Virus record (IMG/VR): IMGVR_UViG_3300033076_000602
Coordinates: 1 to 36,042 of that record
Strand: one strand, 5' to 3'
Length of the DNA stretch: 36,042 nt
Source: a virus
Lineage: Duplodnaviria; Caudoviricetes
In this document: piece after piece, positions 1-8,220 of the stretch
Layout: each line of letters opens with the position of its first letter
How positions within the stretch are numbered: position 1 is the stretch's first letter
The notes under the pieces: generated by a model
The model's input: only the letters and a program-made list of their open reading frames with translations
What the model was told of the DNA's origin: nothing
Database searches by the model: none
Made by a program: the position numbers and the translations under genes

Positions 1-148
1 TATGGCTTCGCGTCAGGTCCACAACGGCATCTCGATGCGTATTGTTCGTCAGTACGACATCAACAATGACCGTATGCCTTGCCGTATTGACGTTCTTTAC
101 GGCTACTCCGTGATTCGTGCGCCGATGGCTGCACGTATCTGGGGCTAA
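1..148 (+). CDS. Major capsid protein, P22 coat (gp5)-like, C-terminal fragment (5' partial)
   Basis: Frame from nt 2 reads MASRQVHNGISMRIVRQYDINNDRMPCRIDVLYGYSVIRAPMAARIWG* (TAA 146-148). The R-x-D-V-L-Y-G ending is typical of P22-like coat proteins and the position fits (probable scaffold at the window end). Confidence 0.8.
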   Translation, partial: MASRQVHNGISMRIVRQYDINNDRMPCRIDVLYGYSVIRAPMAARIWG

Positions 149-173
149 CCTTTTGAACTAAGGAGATACGACA

Positions 174-599
174 ATGGCTATTCCTTCAGTAGGTGGCGGC
201 TATCAGTACAATGATGGCAACTCCAACGAAGTCAAACTCTCGGTTGCAGCCGCTCCGGCGACTGCAACGTCGAGCGCGACTTTGACCGTGGCTCAGTTGA
301 CCAACGGCATTATCCTCGGCTCACCCGGCTCCTCGGCGGCAGCGTATACGCTCCCGCTCGCGGCTGATCTGGACTCGGCTTTGGGTAACGCTCATCCGGG
401 CTCAACCTTTGACTTCTCGGTCATCAACGTAAACGGCTCCAGCTCGGGCGTCATCACAATGACGACCAACACAGGCTGGTCAATCGGTTCCGGCGGTTCG
501 CAGGGTCTTATGACCATTGCGGCGACGGCTGGTACGGTTCGCTCCTTCCGCGCTCGCAAGACCGCAGACGGCGCGTGGTCGCTCTACGCAATCTCGTAA
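174..599 (+). CDS. Putative capsid accessory/decoration protein
   Basis: 141 aa, rich in Ala/Ser/Thr/Gly, strong SD (AAGGAG), directly after the coat gene. Confidence 0.55.
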   Translation: MAIPSVGGGYQYNDGNSNEVKLSVAAAPATATSSATLTVAQLTNGIILGSPGSSAAAYTLPLAADLDSALGNAHPGSTFDFSVINVNGSSSGVITMTTNTGWSIGSGGSQGLMTIAATAGTVRSFRARKTADGAWSLYAIS

Positions 600-606
600 G
601 CAATCT

Positions 607-630
607 GGCGGGCGGCAAAAGCCGCTCGCC
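607..630 (+). promoter_or_regulatory. Intergenic GC-rich hairpin (attenuator, weak terminator or mRNA stabiliser)
   Basis: GGCGGGCGGC-AAAA-GCCGCTCGCC, 10-bp stem with one G-U pair, no clean U tract. Confidence 0.45.
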
Positions 631-651
631 TAACCCTTTAAGGAGTTAACC

Positions 652-945
652 ATGCCAAATACCAAGTCGATTGGCATTGCTTATGAGGATCAGTACCTCA
701 ACGGTGCAACAATCGCTAACCCTGTCTACACGGCAAAAGGCGCGGCGCTGACGACGCAGTTGACGACAATTACGTCAACCGCTCCCGGCACGCCCGACTA
801 TGCTATTCAGGATTTGACATCGACAACGCCGTTTGGCTTTGCCAGCAAAGATGAAGGCAACACGGTTTTGTCCGTAATTGCCAACCTTCAGACGCGCGTC
901 GCACAGCTCGAAAGCCGTCTTCAGGCACTCGGGCTCATCGCCTAA
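652..945 (+). CDS. Putative head fibre/virion accessory protein
   Basis: 97 aa, SD AAGGAG, C-terminal coiled coil ending LQALGLIA as in small phage head-fibre proteins. Confidence 0.5.
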   Translation: MPNTKSIGIAYEDQYLNGATIANPVYTAKGAALTTQLTTITSTAPGTPDYAIQDLTSTTPFGFASKDEGNTVLSVIANLQTRVAQLESRLQALGLIA

Positions 946-947
946 TC

Positions 948-974
948 AAACAGGCGGTCATTGACCGCCTGTTT
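948..974 (+). terminator. Rho-independent terminator, possibly bidirectional
   Basis: Perfect inverted repeat AAACAGGCGGTCA-T-TGACCGCCTGTTT after the capsid genes, with a T run on the 3' side. Confidence 0.75.
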
Positions 975-991
975 TACATACGGGAGTTCTT

Positions 992-1210
992 ATGGCTGAA
1001 ATTTATCTTCGTCACCCGATCCATGGCACTAAACTTGCCACAATGGAGCTGGAAGCAGATGCAGACGAACAAAACGGTTGGGTGCGGTTTGACCCGAATA
1101 ACCTAGACGACGATGACGACGACATCTTGCCGGAACCTGTCGTTGCGGTTAATGTTTTAGCTGAAGCCCCGCGCCGCCGCACTCGGACGCGCGCAGTATC
1201 GGACGAATGA
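992..1210 (+). CDS. Hypothetical phage protein
   Basis: 72 aa, SD GGGAG, acidic middle and basic tail, ends next to the following start. Confidence 0.6.
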   Translation: MAEIYLRHPIHGTKLATMELEADADEQNGWVRFDPNNLDDDDDDILPEPVVAVNVLAEAPRRRTRTRAVSDE

Positions 1211-1211
1211 C

Positions 1212-1922
1212 ATGACGACAGCAGGCGAGATTATCAACGGTTCTCTGAGACTTCTTGGTGTTCTGGCGGAAGGCGAAACGCCGTCAGCCGAAACATCCCA
1301 AGACGCGCTTAACGCGATGAACCAGATGATCGACTCGTGGAACACCGAGCGCCTGTCTGTTTTTTCGACCCAAGATCAGGTTTTTAGCTGGCCACCCAAC
1401 GAGCTGTCGCGCACGCTTGGCCCGACAGGTGATTTTGTCGGCAACCGCCCAGTCTTGTTTGACGACGCGACGTATTTCAAAGACCCTGCGTCGGGGATTT
1501 CTTACGGCATCAAGTTCATCAACCAGCAACAGTATGACGGTATTGCGGTCAAGACTGTGACCAGCACATACCCGCAGGTTATCTGGGTGAACATGACATA
1601 CCCAAACGTGGAGATGTACGTTTACCCCAAGCCGACAAAACTGCTTGAGTGGCACTTCGTTTCGGTTGAAGAGCTGACGCAGCCCGCTAATCTGGCGACC
1701 ACGCTGTCATTCCCGCCCGGCTATCTCAGGGCGTTCCGGTACAATTTGGCTTGCGAAATGGCCCCCGAGTTCGGTGTCGAGCCGTCGCCGCAAGTTGCGC
1801 GTATTGCCATGACATCGAAGCGCAACCTGAAGCGCATTAACAATCCTGATGACATCATGTCGTTGCCGTACTCCATCGTCGGAACTCGTCAACGCTACAA
1901 TATTTTTGCGGGGAATTTCTAA
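1212..1922 (+). CDS. Head-tail adaptor, P22 gp4-like packaged-DNA stabilisation protein
   Basis: N-terminus TAGEIINGSLRLLGV...DALNAMNQMIDSW and C-terminal YNLACEMAPEFG resemble gp4-type adaptors; gene position fits. Confidence 0.7.
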   Translation: MTTAGEIINGSLRLLGVLAEGETPSAETSQDALNAMNQMIDSWNTERLSVFSTQDQVFSWPPNELSRTLGPTGDFVGNRPVLFDDATYFKDPASGISYGIKFINQQQYDGIAVKTVTSTYPQVIWVNMTYPNVEMYVYPKPTKLLEWHFVSVEELTQPANLATTLSFPPGYLRAFRYNLACEMAPEFGVEPSPQVARIAMTSKRNLKRINNPDDIMSLPYSIVGTRQRYNIFAGNF

Positions 1923-1936
1923 GCAATATCAATGGT

Positions 1937-2419
1937 TTACAAGGTAGATTTAACGTGAAACTTTCGCTTAGCCAACACATACGCTTCGTGCGCGGCTTCA
2001 GGGGTTTTAAACACTCCAAGGTCATGCGTAACGCCGTGTGCGTGGATGCGCGCGTTAAAACCATACCGTCTTTCGGTGACCCCCAAAAAACCCGAACGGT
2101 TACGTTTATGCGCCACAATTTGATTTTGTATGTTTTCCGCCGTTGTAACATCTCTCAAATTTTCAATTCGGTTATCGTTCCGCTTGCAATTTCTGTGGTC
2201 AATGTCGTTTTGCGGCCATACGCCATAGACATAAAACCACGCCAATCTGTGCGCGCGGTAACGAAATCTGTTGATAGTGATTATTATGTATCCGTGCCCG
2301 TTTACCGTCCCCGCTGGAGCGCCAACTACAATACGGCGGTTAAGTTTTTCCGCCCAACAAAACACGCCGGTTTCTGGGTTGTATGTAAGGATTTGCTTAA
2401 GTCTTTCGTGGTCAATCAT
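1937..2419 (-). CDS. Free-standing HNH homing endonuclease (HNH + AP2-like domain), antisense to the virion operon
   Basis: AHRLAWFYVYG-x-WP...IDHRN...DNRIENLR then SGFLGV...LGVF.T.E.A..AY. Start placed at ATG 2419 behind SD GAGGTG. A TTGACA lies on the minus strand at 2463-2468. Confidence 0.9.
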   Translation of the reverse strand: MIDHERLKQILTYNPETGVFCWAEKLNRRIVVGAPAGTVNGHGYIIITINRFRYRAHRLAWFYVYGVWPQNDIDHRNCKRNDNRIENLRDVTTAENIQNQIVAHKRNRSGFLGVTERRYGFNARIHAHGVTHDLGVFKTPEAAHEAYVLAKRKFHVKSTL

Positions 2420-2481
2420 GAAAACACCTCTTTGGTATGTTTGTGCCCTCAAGCAGCAAATTTGTCAACGGTAAAAACAGC

Positions 2482-3915
2482 ATGAAAACTGCAATCCTAG
2501 GATCATCTTACGTCACCCGCAGCCCTAATGCTGCGGATAACCTGATGATTAACCTCTTTCCCGAGATCGTGCCTGAAGGCGGTAAAGAGCCTGCGTTCCT
2601 GCGCCGCGCGCCGGGAATGCGTCTTCTTGCCCAGCTAGGCAACGGACCTGTCCGTGGCCTGTGGACGTTTGGCGGCTACGGTTACGCCGTGTCGGGCGAG
2701 ACGCTCTATAAGATCGCAAGCGACTGGTCTTTTACGGCCAAAGGTACTGTCGCCGGTACGACCCCCGTATCTATGGTGGACAACGGCACGCAACTCTTCA
2801 TCGCGGCGGGCGTTAACGGCTACATCTATAACGCCAACACGGACGTCTTCGCCCAAATCACGGACCCCGACTTCCCCGGCGCGACCACTGTCGGCTACAT
2901 TGACGGCTACTTCGTCTTCAACGAACCGAACAGCCAAAAATTCTGGGTGACGCAGCTTCTTGACGGCACGTCGGTTGACCCGCTGGACTTTGCCAGCGCC
3001 GAAGGCTCGCCCGACAATCTTGTCTCGCTGATCGTCGATCATCGCGAAGTCTGGCTTTTTGGCGAGACCACGGTTGAAGTCTGGTACGACGCCGGTCTAC
3101 CTGACTTCCCGCTCTCGCGTATCCAAGGCGCGTTCAACGAAATCGGATGCGCGGCGGCGTTCTCTGTCGCCAAGCTCGACAACGGTGTGTTCTGGCTCGG
3201 CGCTGACGCCCGTGGCCGAGGCATCGTCTACAGGTCTCAGGGCTATAACGGCGTTCGCATTTCGACCCACGCGGTCGAATGGCAAATCCAGCAGTATAGC
3301 GACATCTCGGACGCCATCGCCTACACATACCAGCAGGATGGCCACTCGTTCTACGTCCTAAACTTTCCGACCGCCGACATCACTTGGGTCTACGACGTTG
3401 CGACCCAAGTCTGGCATCAGCGGGCGGGTTGGTTAAACGACAAGTTTACCCGCCATCGCGGCAACAACCAGATGTCTTTTGGCGGCGAAATCGTTGTCGG
3501 CGATTATCTCAGCGGCGCGATCTACGCCTACGATCTGGAAGTCTACACCGAAGCAGGTGCGGTCCAGAAATGGCTCCGGTCGTGGCGCGCGATCCCGACA
3601 GGCCAGAACACTCTAGCGCGTACGACCAACCACAGCCTCCAGTTGGACTGCGAGTCGGGCGTCGGGCTTGATGGCGTGGGCCAAGGCACGGACCCGCAAG
3701 TCATGCTTCGCTGGTCGGACGACGGTGGTCATACGTGGTCGAACGAGCATTGGCGGTCAATGGGCAAGATCGGTCAGACAGGACGGCGCGTCATATGGCG
3801 GCGGCTTGGCATGACCATGAAACTGCGCGACCGTGTGTATGAGGTGTCCGGCACAGACCCCGTGTCGGTGACGATCATGGGGGCCGAACTTATGGTGAGC
3901 CCGACCCGTGCCTGA
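2482..3915 (+). CDS. Tail nozzle, P22 gp10-like packaged-DNA stabilisation protein
   Basis: About 477 aa from MKTAILG; beta-propeller-like sequence with motifs GYIDGYFVF, AEGSPD, WSDDGGHTWS and WRRLG typical of gp10-like proteins. Confidence 0.8.
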   Translation: MKTAILGSSYVTRSPNAADNLMINLFPEIVPEGGKEPAFLRRAPGMRLLAQLGNGPVRGLWTFGGYGYAVSGETLYKIASDWSFTAKGTVAGTTPVSMVDNGTQLFIAAGVNGYIYNANTDVFAQITDPDFPGATTVGYIDGYFVFNEPNSQKFWVTQLLDGTSVDPLDFASAEGSPDNLVSLIVDHREVWLFGETTVEVWYDAGLPDFPLSRIQGAFNEIGCAAAFSVAKLDNGVFWLGADARGRGIVYRSQGYNGVRISTHAVEWQIQQYSDISDAIAYTYQQDGHSFYVLNFPTADITWVYDVATQVWHQRAGWLNDKFTRHRGNNQMSFGGEIVVGDYLSGAIYAYDLEVYTEAGAVQKWLRSWRAIPTGQNTLARTTNHSLQLDCESGVGLDGVGQGTDPQVMLRWSDDGGHTWSNEHWRSMGKIGQTGRRVIWRRLGMTMKLRDRVYEVSGTDPVSVTIMGAELMVSPTRA

Positions 3916-4486
3916 GAACATATCGCAAATTCCTGCGGCCCGTGTACCGATAGCCGAAGAGCCGACGCCCTTTCCGGCGCGGCCTTGGTATCGGTACTTT
4001 TTCAATGTGTTCTCTATTCTGGGTAGCGGCTCGCTGCGGAACGGATCGTTTTACGACACGACGACGCAAACGGCAGCGGCGATCAACACCGCCTACGCCA
4101 TGACGTTCAACACGACCGACTACTCGCAGGGCGTCTCTATCGGCACGCCGACATCGCGCGTCTATGTCAACCGCCCCGGCCTCTACAACTTCCAGTTCTC
4201 GGCGCAGTTTGTCAGCACGAACGCGTCCACCAAAACAGTGACGATCTGGGCGGATGTAAACGGCACGGCTGTACCGGCATCAGCCACAAAAATAACGATG
4301 AAGGGTGCAAGCGAAGCCTATGTGGCGTCGTGGAACTTCTTTGTCCGTATGAACACAAACGACTATTTTCGCCTGATGTGGGCGACCAACGACACAACCG
4401 TGTCTATTGAGGCAACCGCCGCCACTGCCTTGTCACCCGCTATCCCATCTGTTATCCTCACCGTTGCTGCAAATATAGGTGAATAA
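3908..4486 (+). CDS. Putative tail protein
   Basis: 192 aa; starts IPAARVP...RPWYRYF; beta-rich C-terminal domain; overlaps both neighbours. Confidence 0.55.
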   Translation: MPENISQIPAARVPIAEEPTPFPARPWYRYFFNVFSILGSGSLRNGSFYDTTTQTAAAINTAYAMTFNTTDYSQGVSIGTPTSRVYVNRPGLYNFQFSAQFVSTNASTKTVTIWADVNGTAVPASATKITMKGASEAYVASWNFFVRMNTNDYFRLMWATNDTTVSIEATAATALSPAIPSVILTVAANIGE

Positions 4487-5718
4487 TGACCGTTCTTACG
4501 CCACAGCCCAAAACACAATTTGTCAGCGCCGCCGGTGTCCCACTTTCCGGCGGCAAAGTTTATACGTATGCGGCTGGCACGACCACACCGCAGGCAACGT
4601 ACACCGACTCGACCGGCGCGACGCCGAACCCAAACCCCATCATTCTCGACTCGCGCGGCGAAGCATCCATCTGGCTTGGCTCGGCGACGTACAAGTTTAA
4701 ACTGACCGACGCCAACGATGTTGAAATCTGGACGGTTGATTACATCTCGGCCCCGACGTCGGGCGTCTCGCCTATTCTGTCCGGCAACGTCACGATTGAC
4801 AGCGACACGGCTGGCCCCGCGCTCAAGATCACCCAGACCGGCACAGGCCCTGTCTTGCGCGTGCAGGACAGCGCGGACCCTGACGCCACGCCGTTCATTA
4901 TCGACACCAACGGCAATCTCGGCCTCGGCACAGCAACGCCCACGGCGCAAATGGAAGTAACGGGCGCGGCCAAGATCGGCTCGCTGACATTGACCAGCGC
5001 GCCGTTACCAATCTCCAGCGGCGGCACAAGCGCCATAACCGCATCGGCAGCGCGCACGTCTCTTGGCGTTGCTATCGGCACCGATGTGATCGGCTATGTC
5101 GCGCCCGGCACAAGCGGCAACGTTTTGCTGTCTGATGGCACAAACTGGACATCCTCACCCCGTAGCGTGCCAGCCATTGTCGCTGCCGACGCGGGCAAAT
5201 CGCTCATCAATAACGGTTCGGTCTCGTCATGGGGTTCGTCTGTTATCGCTGCGACCGCGCAGGCCACCACATCCGGCACGGCAATTGACTTCGCGCCCGC
5301 GGCCACAACGATCCCGTCGTGGGCCAAGCGCGTCACAGTTATCTTCAATGAAGTCTCTACGTCCGGCACGTCCGGCATTATCATCCAGCTTGGCTCTACA
5401 ACCATCCAGACGTCCGGTTACTTGGCTAACGGATGGGTCGGCGGTTCAGGTAATACAGGGGCGTCATACACCACAGGCGTCGGCGTAGACCCCGGCACTC
5501 AGACTGCTGCAACCACGCGTAGCGGTACGGTCGTTTTTGTAAACGTGTCAGGTAACATCTGGATTGCTTCCGGCGCTGTAGCGCTCACAAACGGCTCGCA
5601 AACAGTCGCAATCGGCGGCTCGGTCACTTTGGCTGGCGCGCTTGACCGCCTGCGTATCACAACCGTAGGTGGTGTGAACACGTTCGACGCCGGTTCAGTC
5701 AACATTATGTGGGAATAA
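4486..5718 (+). CDS. Tail fibre/tailspike with N-terminal virion-binding domain
   Basis: N-terminal GVPLSGGKVYTYAAGTTTP...NPNPIILDSRGEA resembles podophage tailspike attachment domains; body rich in Gly/Thr/Ser. Confidence 0.75.
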   Translation: MTVLTPQPKTQFVSAAGVPLSGGKVYTYAAGTTTPQATYTDSTGATPNPNPIILDSRGEASIWLGSATYKFKLTDANDVEIWTVDYISAPTSGVSPILSGNVTIDSDTAGPALKITQTGTGPVLRVQDSADPDATPFIIDTNGNLGLGTATPTAQMEVTGAAKIGSLTLTSAPLPISSGGTSAITASAARTSLGVAIGTDVIGYVAPGTSGNVLLSDGTNWTSSPRSVPAIVAADAGKSLINNGSVSSWGSSVIAATAQATTSGTAIDFAPAATTIPSWAKRVTVIFNEVSTSGTSGIIIQLGSTTIQTSGYLANGWVGGSGNTGASYTTGVGVDPGTQTAATTRSGTVVFVNVSGNIWIASGAVALTNGSQTVAIGGSVTLAGALDRLRITTVGGVNTFDAGSVNIMWE

Positions 5719-5724
5719 CCGAAA

Positions 5725-6168
5725 GTGCGCGAAAAGGTCGAACAGCTTGAAGAGATGATGCAAGCCTACGATCCGGCGATCCTGCCGATCACGCATCATT
5801 TTGCTGATGGTATCTACGCCCGCGAGATGTTCATTCCTGCGGGCGCTGTGCTGACAGGGGCCGTGCATAAAACCAACCACATGTGCATCCTGTCCAAGGG
5901 CCATGTGCGGGTGGCGACTGATGAAGGGCCTGTTGATTTGGTTGCGCCTGCGACTATAATCGCCAAGCCCGGCGCGAAGCGCGCCATCTTTGCTTTGGAA
6001 GACTCTGTGTGGACGAATATCCACGCGACAAACGAGACAGACCTTGATAAGATCGTCGAGGAACTGACTGAATCAACTGCCGCTGAACTTCAAGGCGGGG
6101 CTGCCAACAAACAGCAGCTCGCCTACGCTGAAAGGGAACTCGTATGGCTTTCATCACAGGCGCACTAA
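5725..6168 (+). CDS. Cupin-like phage protein
   Basis: HHFADGIYAREMFIPAGAVLTGAVHKTNH...LSKG...WTNIH cupin-type pattern; GTG start. Confidence 0.65.
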   Translation: MREKVEQLEEMMQAYDPAILPITHHFADGIYAREMFIPAGAVLTGAVHKTNHMCILSKGHVRVATDEGPVDLVAPATIIAKPGAKRAIFALEDSVWTNIHATNETDLDKIVEELTESTAAELQGGAANKQQLAYAERELVWLSSQAH

Positions 6169-6878
6169 TCGGCGCGGGAGCGTCGCTTATCGGCGGGGTT
6201 TTAGGCAGCAACGCCGCCAACAAAGCCGCTAAAGTACAGGCTGGGGCCGCCAACAAGGCGACCGATCTTCAGCGTGAGCAGTGGCTAAAAACGCTTGAGC
6301 TTAACAAGCCGTTCTATGAAGCTGGTGTAAAGGCGCAAGATTTCCTTTCCAACTACCTTGGCATTGGCGGTGATCCAAACGCACCGGGGTATGGCGCGGG
6401 CATGAAGACATTTACCGGCGCGGACCTTGCGACCGAGCCGGGCTATGCGTTTCGCTTAAGCGAGGGCGTCAACGCGCTCAACAAACAAGCGGCGGCAAAA
6501 GGTGGTCTCATCTCCGGCGCGGCGCTCAAAGAGGCGCAACGCTATGGTCAAGACTATGCCTCAAACGAATATCAAAACGCGTACAACCGCTATTGGAACA
6601 CGCGCAATCAACTTTTGAACCCAGTGCAGAGTATGCTTAATCAAGGCCAAACAACCGCCACAAATCTTGGCACTGCGGGGCAAAATTATGCAACCGGTGC
6701 GGGCAACACTATGATACAGGCTGCAAACGCCCGCGCGTCAGGCTATGTCGGCGGCGCAAACGCGCTCGGACAGGCGTTGTCAGGCGCGGTGACGCCGTAC
6801 ATGAACTACAGCATGTTGAGTATGCTTAAACCACCAGCATCTACACCCACAACCTATTTTGGGCCGGGGGAACGATAA
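6144..6878 (+). CDS. DNA ejection (transfer) protein, gp7-like
   Basis: Gly/Ala-rich hydrophobic N-terminus, PGYAFRLSEG...GGLISGAALK motif, first of three ejection-type genes. Confidence 0.7.
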   Translation: MAFITGALIGAGASLIGGVLGSNAANKAAKVQAGAANKATDLQREQWLKTLELNKPFYEAGVKAQDFLSNYLGIGGDPNAPGYGAGMKTFTGADLATEPGYAFRLSEGVNALNKQAAAKGGLISGAALKEAQRYGQDYASNEYQNAYNRYWNTRNQLLNPVQSMLNQGQTTATNLGTAGQNYATGAGNTMIQAANARASGYVGGANALGQALSGAVTPYMNYSMLSMLKPPASTPTTYFGPGER

Positions 6879-6879
6879 T

Positions 6880-8217
6880 ATGCCTATTGACACCTCTATC
6901 GCGCTCGGCGTTCGCCCTCCGCAGTTCCAGACCATTGACCCGATGACGATCTATTCGGCGATGGAAAACCAGCGCATCAATGCGCTGCGTGAGCAGGCGC
7001 TTCAGCAGGATATGCAGCGGAACGCGCTCATCATGCAGAACACGATGGAGGACCGTCGTGCAGCCGCGGCGCAGGCTGCGTTAGCGCGTCGTCAGCAGGA
7101 AGAGTTTAAGCGGATGGTGCAAGCAGGCTACCAGCCACCCAAAACTGCTGTCATGGGGCCGGGTACAATCCAAGGCAATACGCCCGCAAGCTATGACTAC
7201 GAAGGTGTCAAGAACCGTCTTATTGGTTCGGGTAATCTTACCGGTTACGAGGCGCTGTCTAAAGCACAAGAGCAAGAAGCTAATCGGTTGAAGGCGCAGC
7301 TTGCGGCGCGGAACGAAGGCTTCACGGGAAATAAAATTCAAGCTGAAACCCAAGGTCTTAATCTTAAAAACGCAGACACCCAACTGGCGCAAGTCGCGTC
7401 AAGCATTGACCGCGCGCCTACAATGGAGGCTGTCTACGCAATATATAGTGCGGTTCCTGACGCGCTCGCTGTGCGCGGTCAGACGCCGGAGACGGCTATT
7501 CAGGCATTTAACGCGCACGTTGCAGAGCTGTCCAAAACGATGCCGCCCAACGAAGCATTTGCTCAAGCGCGCAGGGATGTCGCCAACGGCGCTATGGCAA
7601 CTCAAAAACAACTTAGCGAGATAGCGACGGCGCAGAAGCCAGAAATTAGAGAAGGTGCAGGCGGTCGTATGTACGCTGTTAATCCTTACACCGCAGAAGC
7701 TAAATCTATTACTGAAGGCGGCGCGCCCGTTATGGCAAAACCATCGGCGCAACAAGAAAAAGCGGCCATCCAAACCAAGCAGATGCAATCAAGCATTGAT
7801 ACGGCTATCACAACGCTTGAAGATTTGATTAAGCCTAATAGCCTTATTGATGACTCAACCGCCAGCGGCGGAGGGGCATTGATTGACACCGCCGCAGGGT
7901 TTTTTGGTTATGCCACGCCCGGTTCTGTGGCGGCGTCAAAACTTAAAGTGTTGGCCGACCCGATCCTTAAAATGGTCCCGCGTTTTGAAGGTCCACAATC
8001 TGACAAGGATACGCAGTCTTATAAAGAAGCCGCAGGTGAACTTGGCAACGAGTATTTGCCAGCGGCTCGACGAAAAGCGGCGGCGGAAACAATCCTTAAG
8101 TTGTTCAAAAAGCGCCGCGATCAATTTACGTCGGCGGACTTGCCTGAGGCTGTGCCCGGCGCAAGCACAACGGCCAACCCGTTTCAAGGCTTTAAAGTAG
8201 AAAAAATCGGAGACTAA
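6880..8217 (+). CDS. Putative DNA ejection/internal virion protein
   Basis: About 445 aa, helical and Ala/Gln-rich, second of the ejection trio; start placed at MPIDTSIALG. Confidence 0.6.
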   Translation: MPIDTSIALGVRPPQFQTIDPMTIYSAMENQRINALREQALQQDMQRNALIMQNTMEDRRAAAAQAALARRQQEEFKRMVQAGYQPPKTAVMGPGTIQGNTPASYDYEGVKNRLIGSGNLTGYEALSKAQEQEANRLKAQLAARNEGFTGNKIQAETQGLNLKNADTQLAQVASSIDRAPTMEAVYAIYSAVPDALAVRGQTPETAIQAFNAHVAELSKTMPPNEAFAQARRDVANGAMATQKQLSEIATAQKPEIREGAGGRMYAVNPYTAEAKSITEGGAPVMAKPSAQQEKAAIQTKQMQSSIDTAITTLEDLIKPNSLIDDSTASGGGALIDTAAGFFGYATPGSVAASKLKVLADPILKMVPRFEGPQSDKDTQSYKEAAGELGNEYLPAARRKAAAETILKLFKKRRDQFTSADLPEAVPGASTTANPFQGFKVEKIGD

Positions 8218-8220
8218 GAA

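Noticed and set aside
2418-2490. ATGAAAAC duplicated at 2418 and 2482 as a target-site duplication
   Set aside because: Both copies lie on the same side of the HNH gene, and the first is explained by the HNH start codon and SD on the minus strand.
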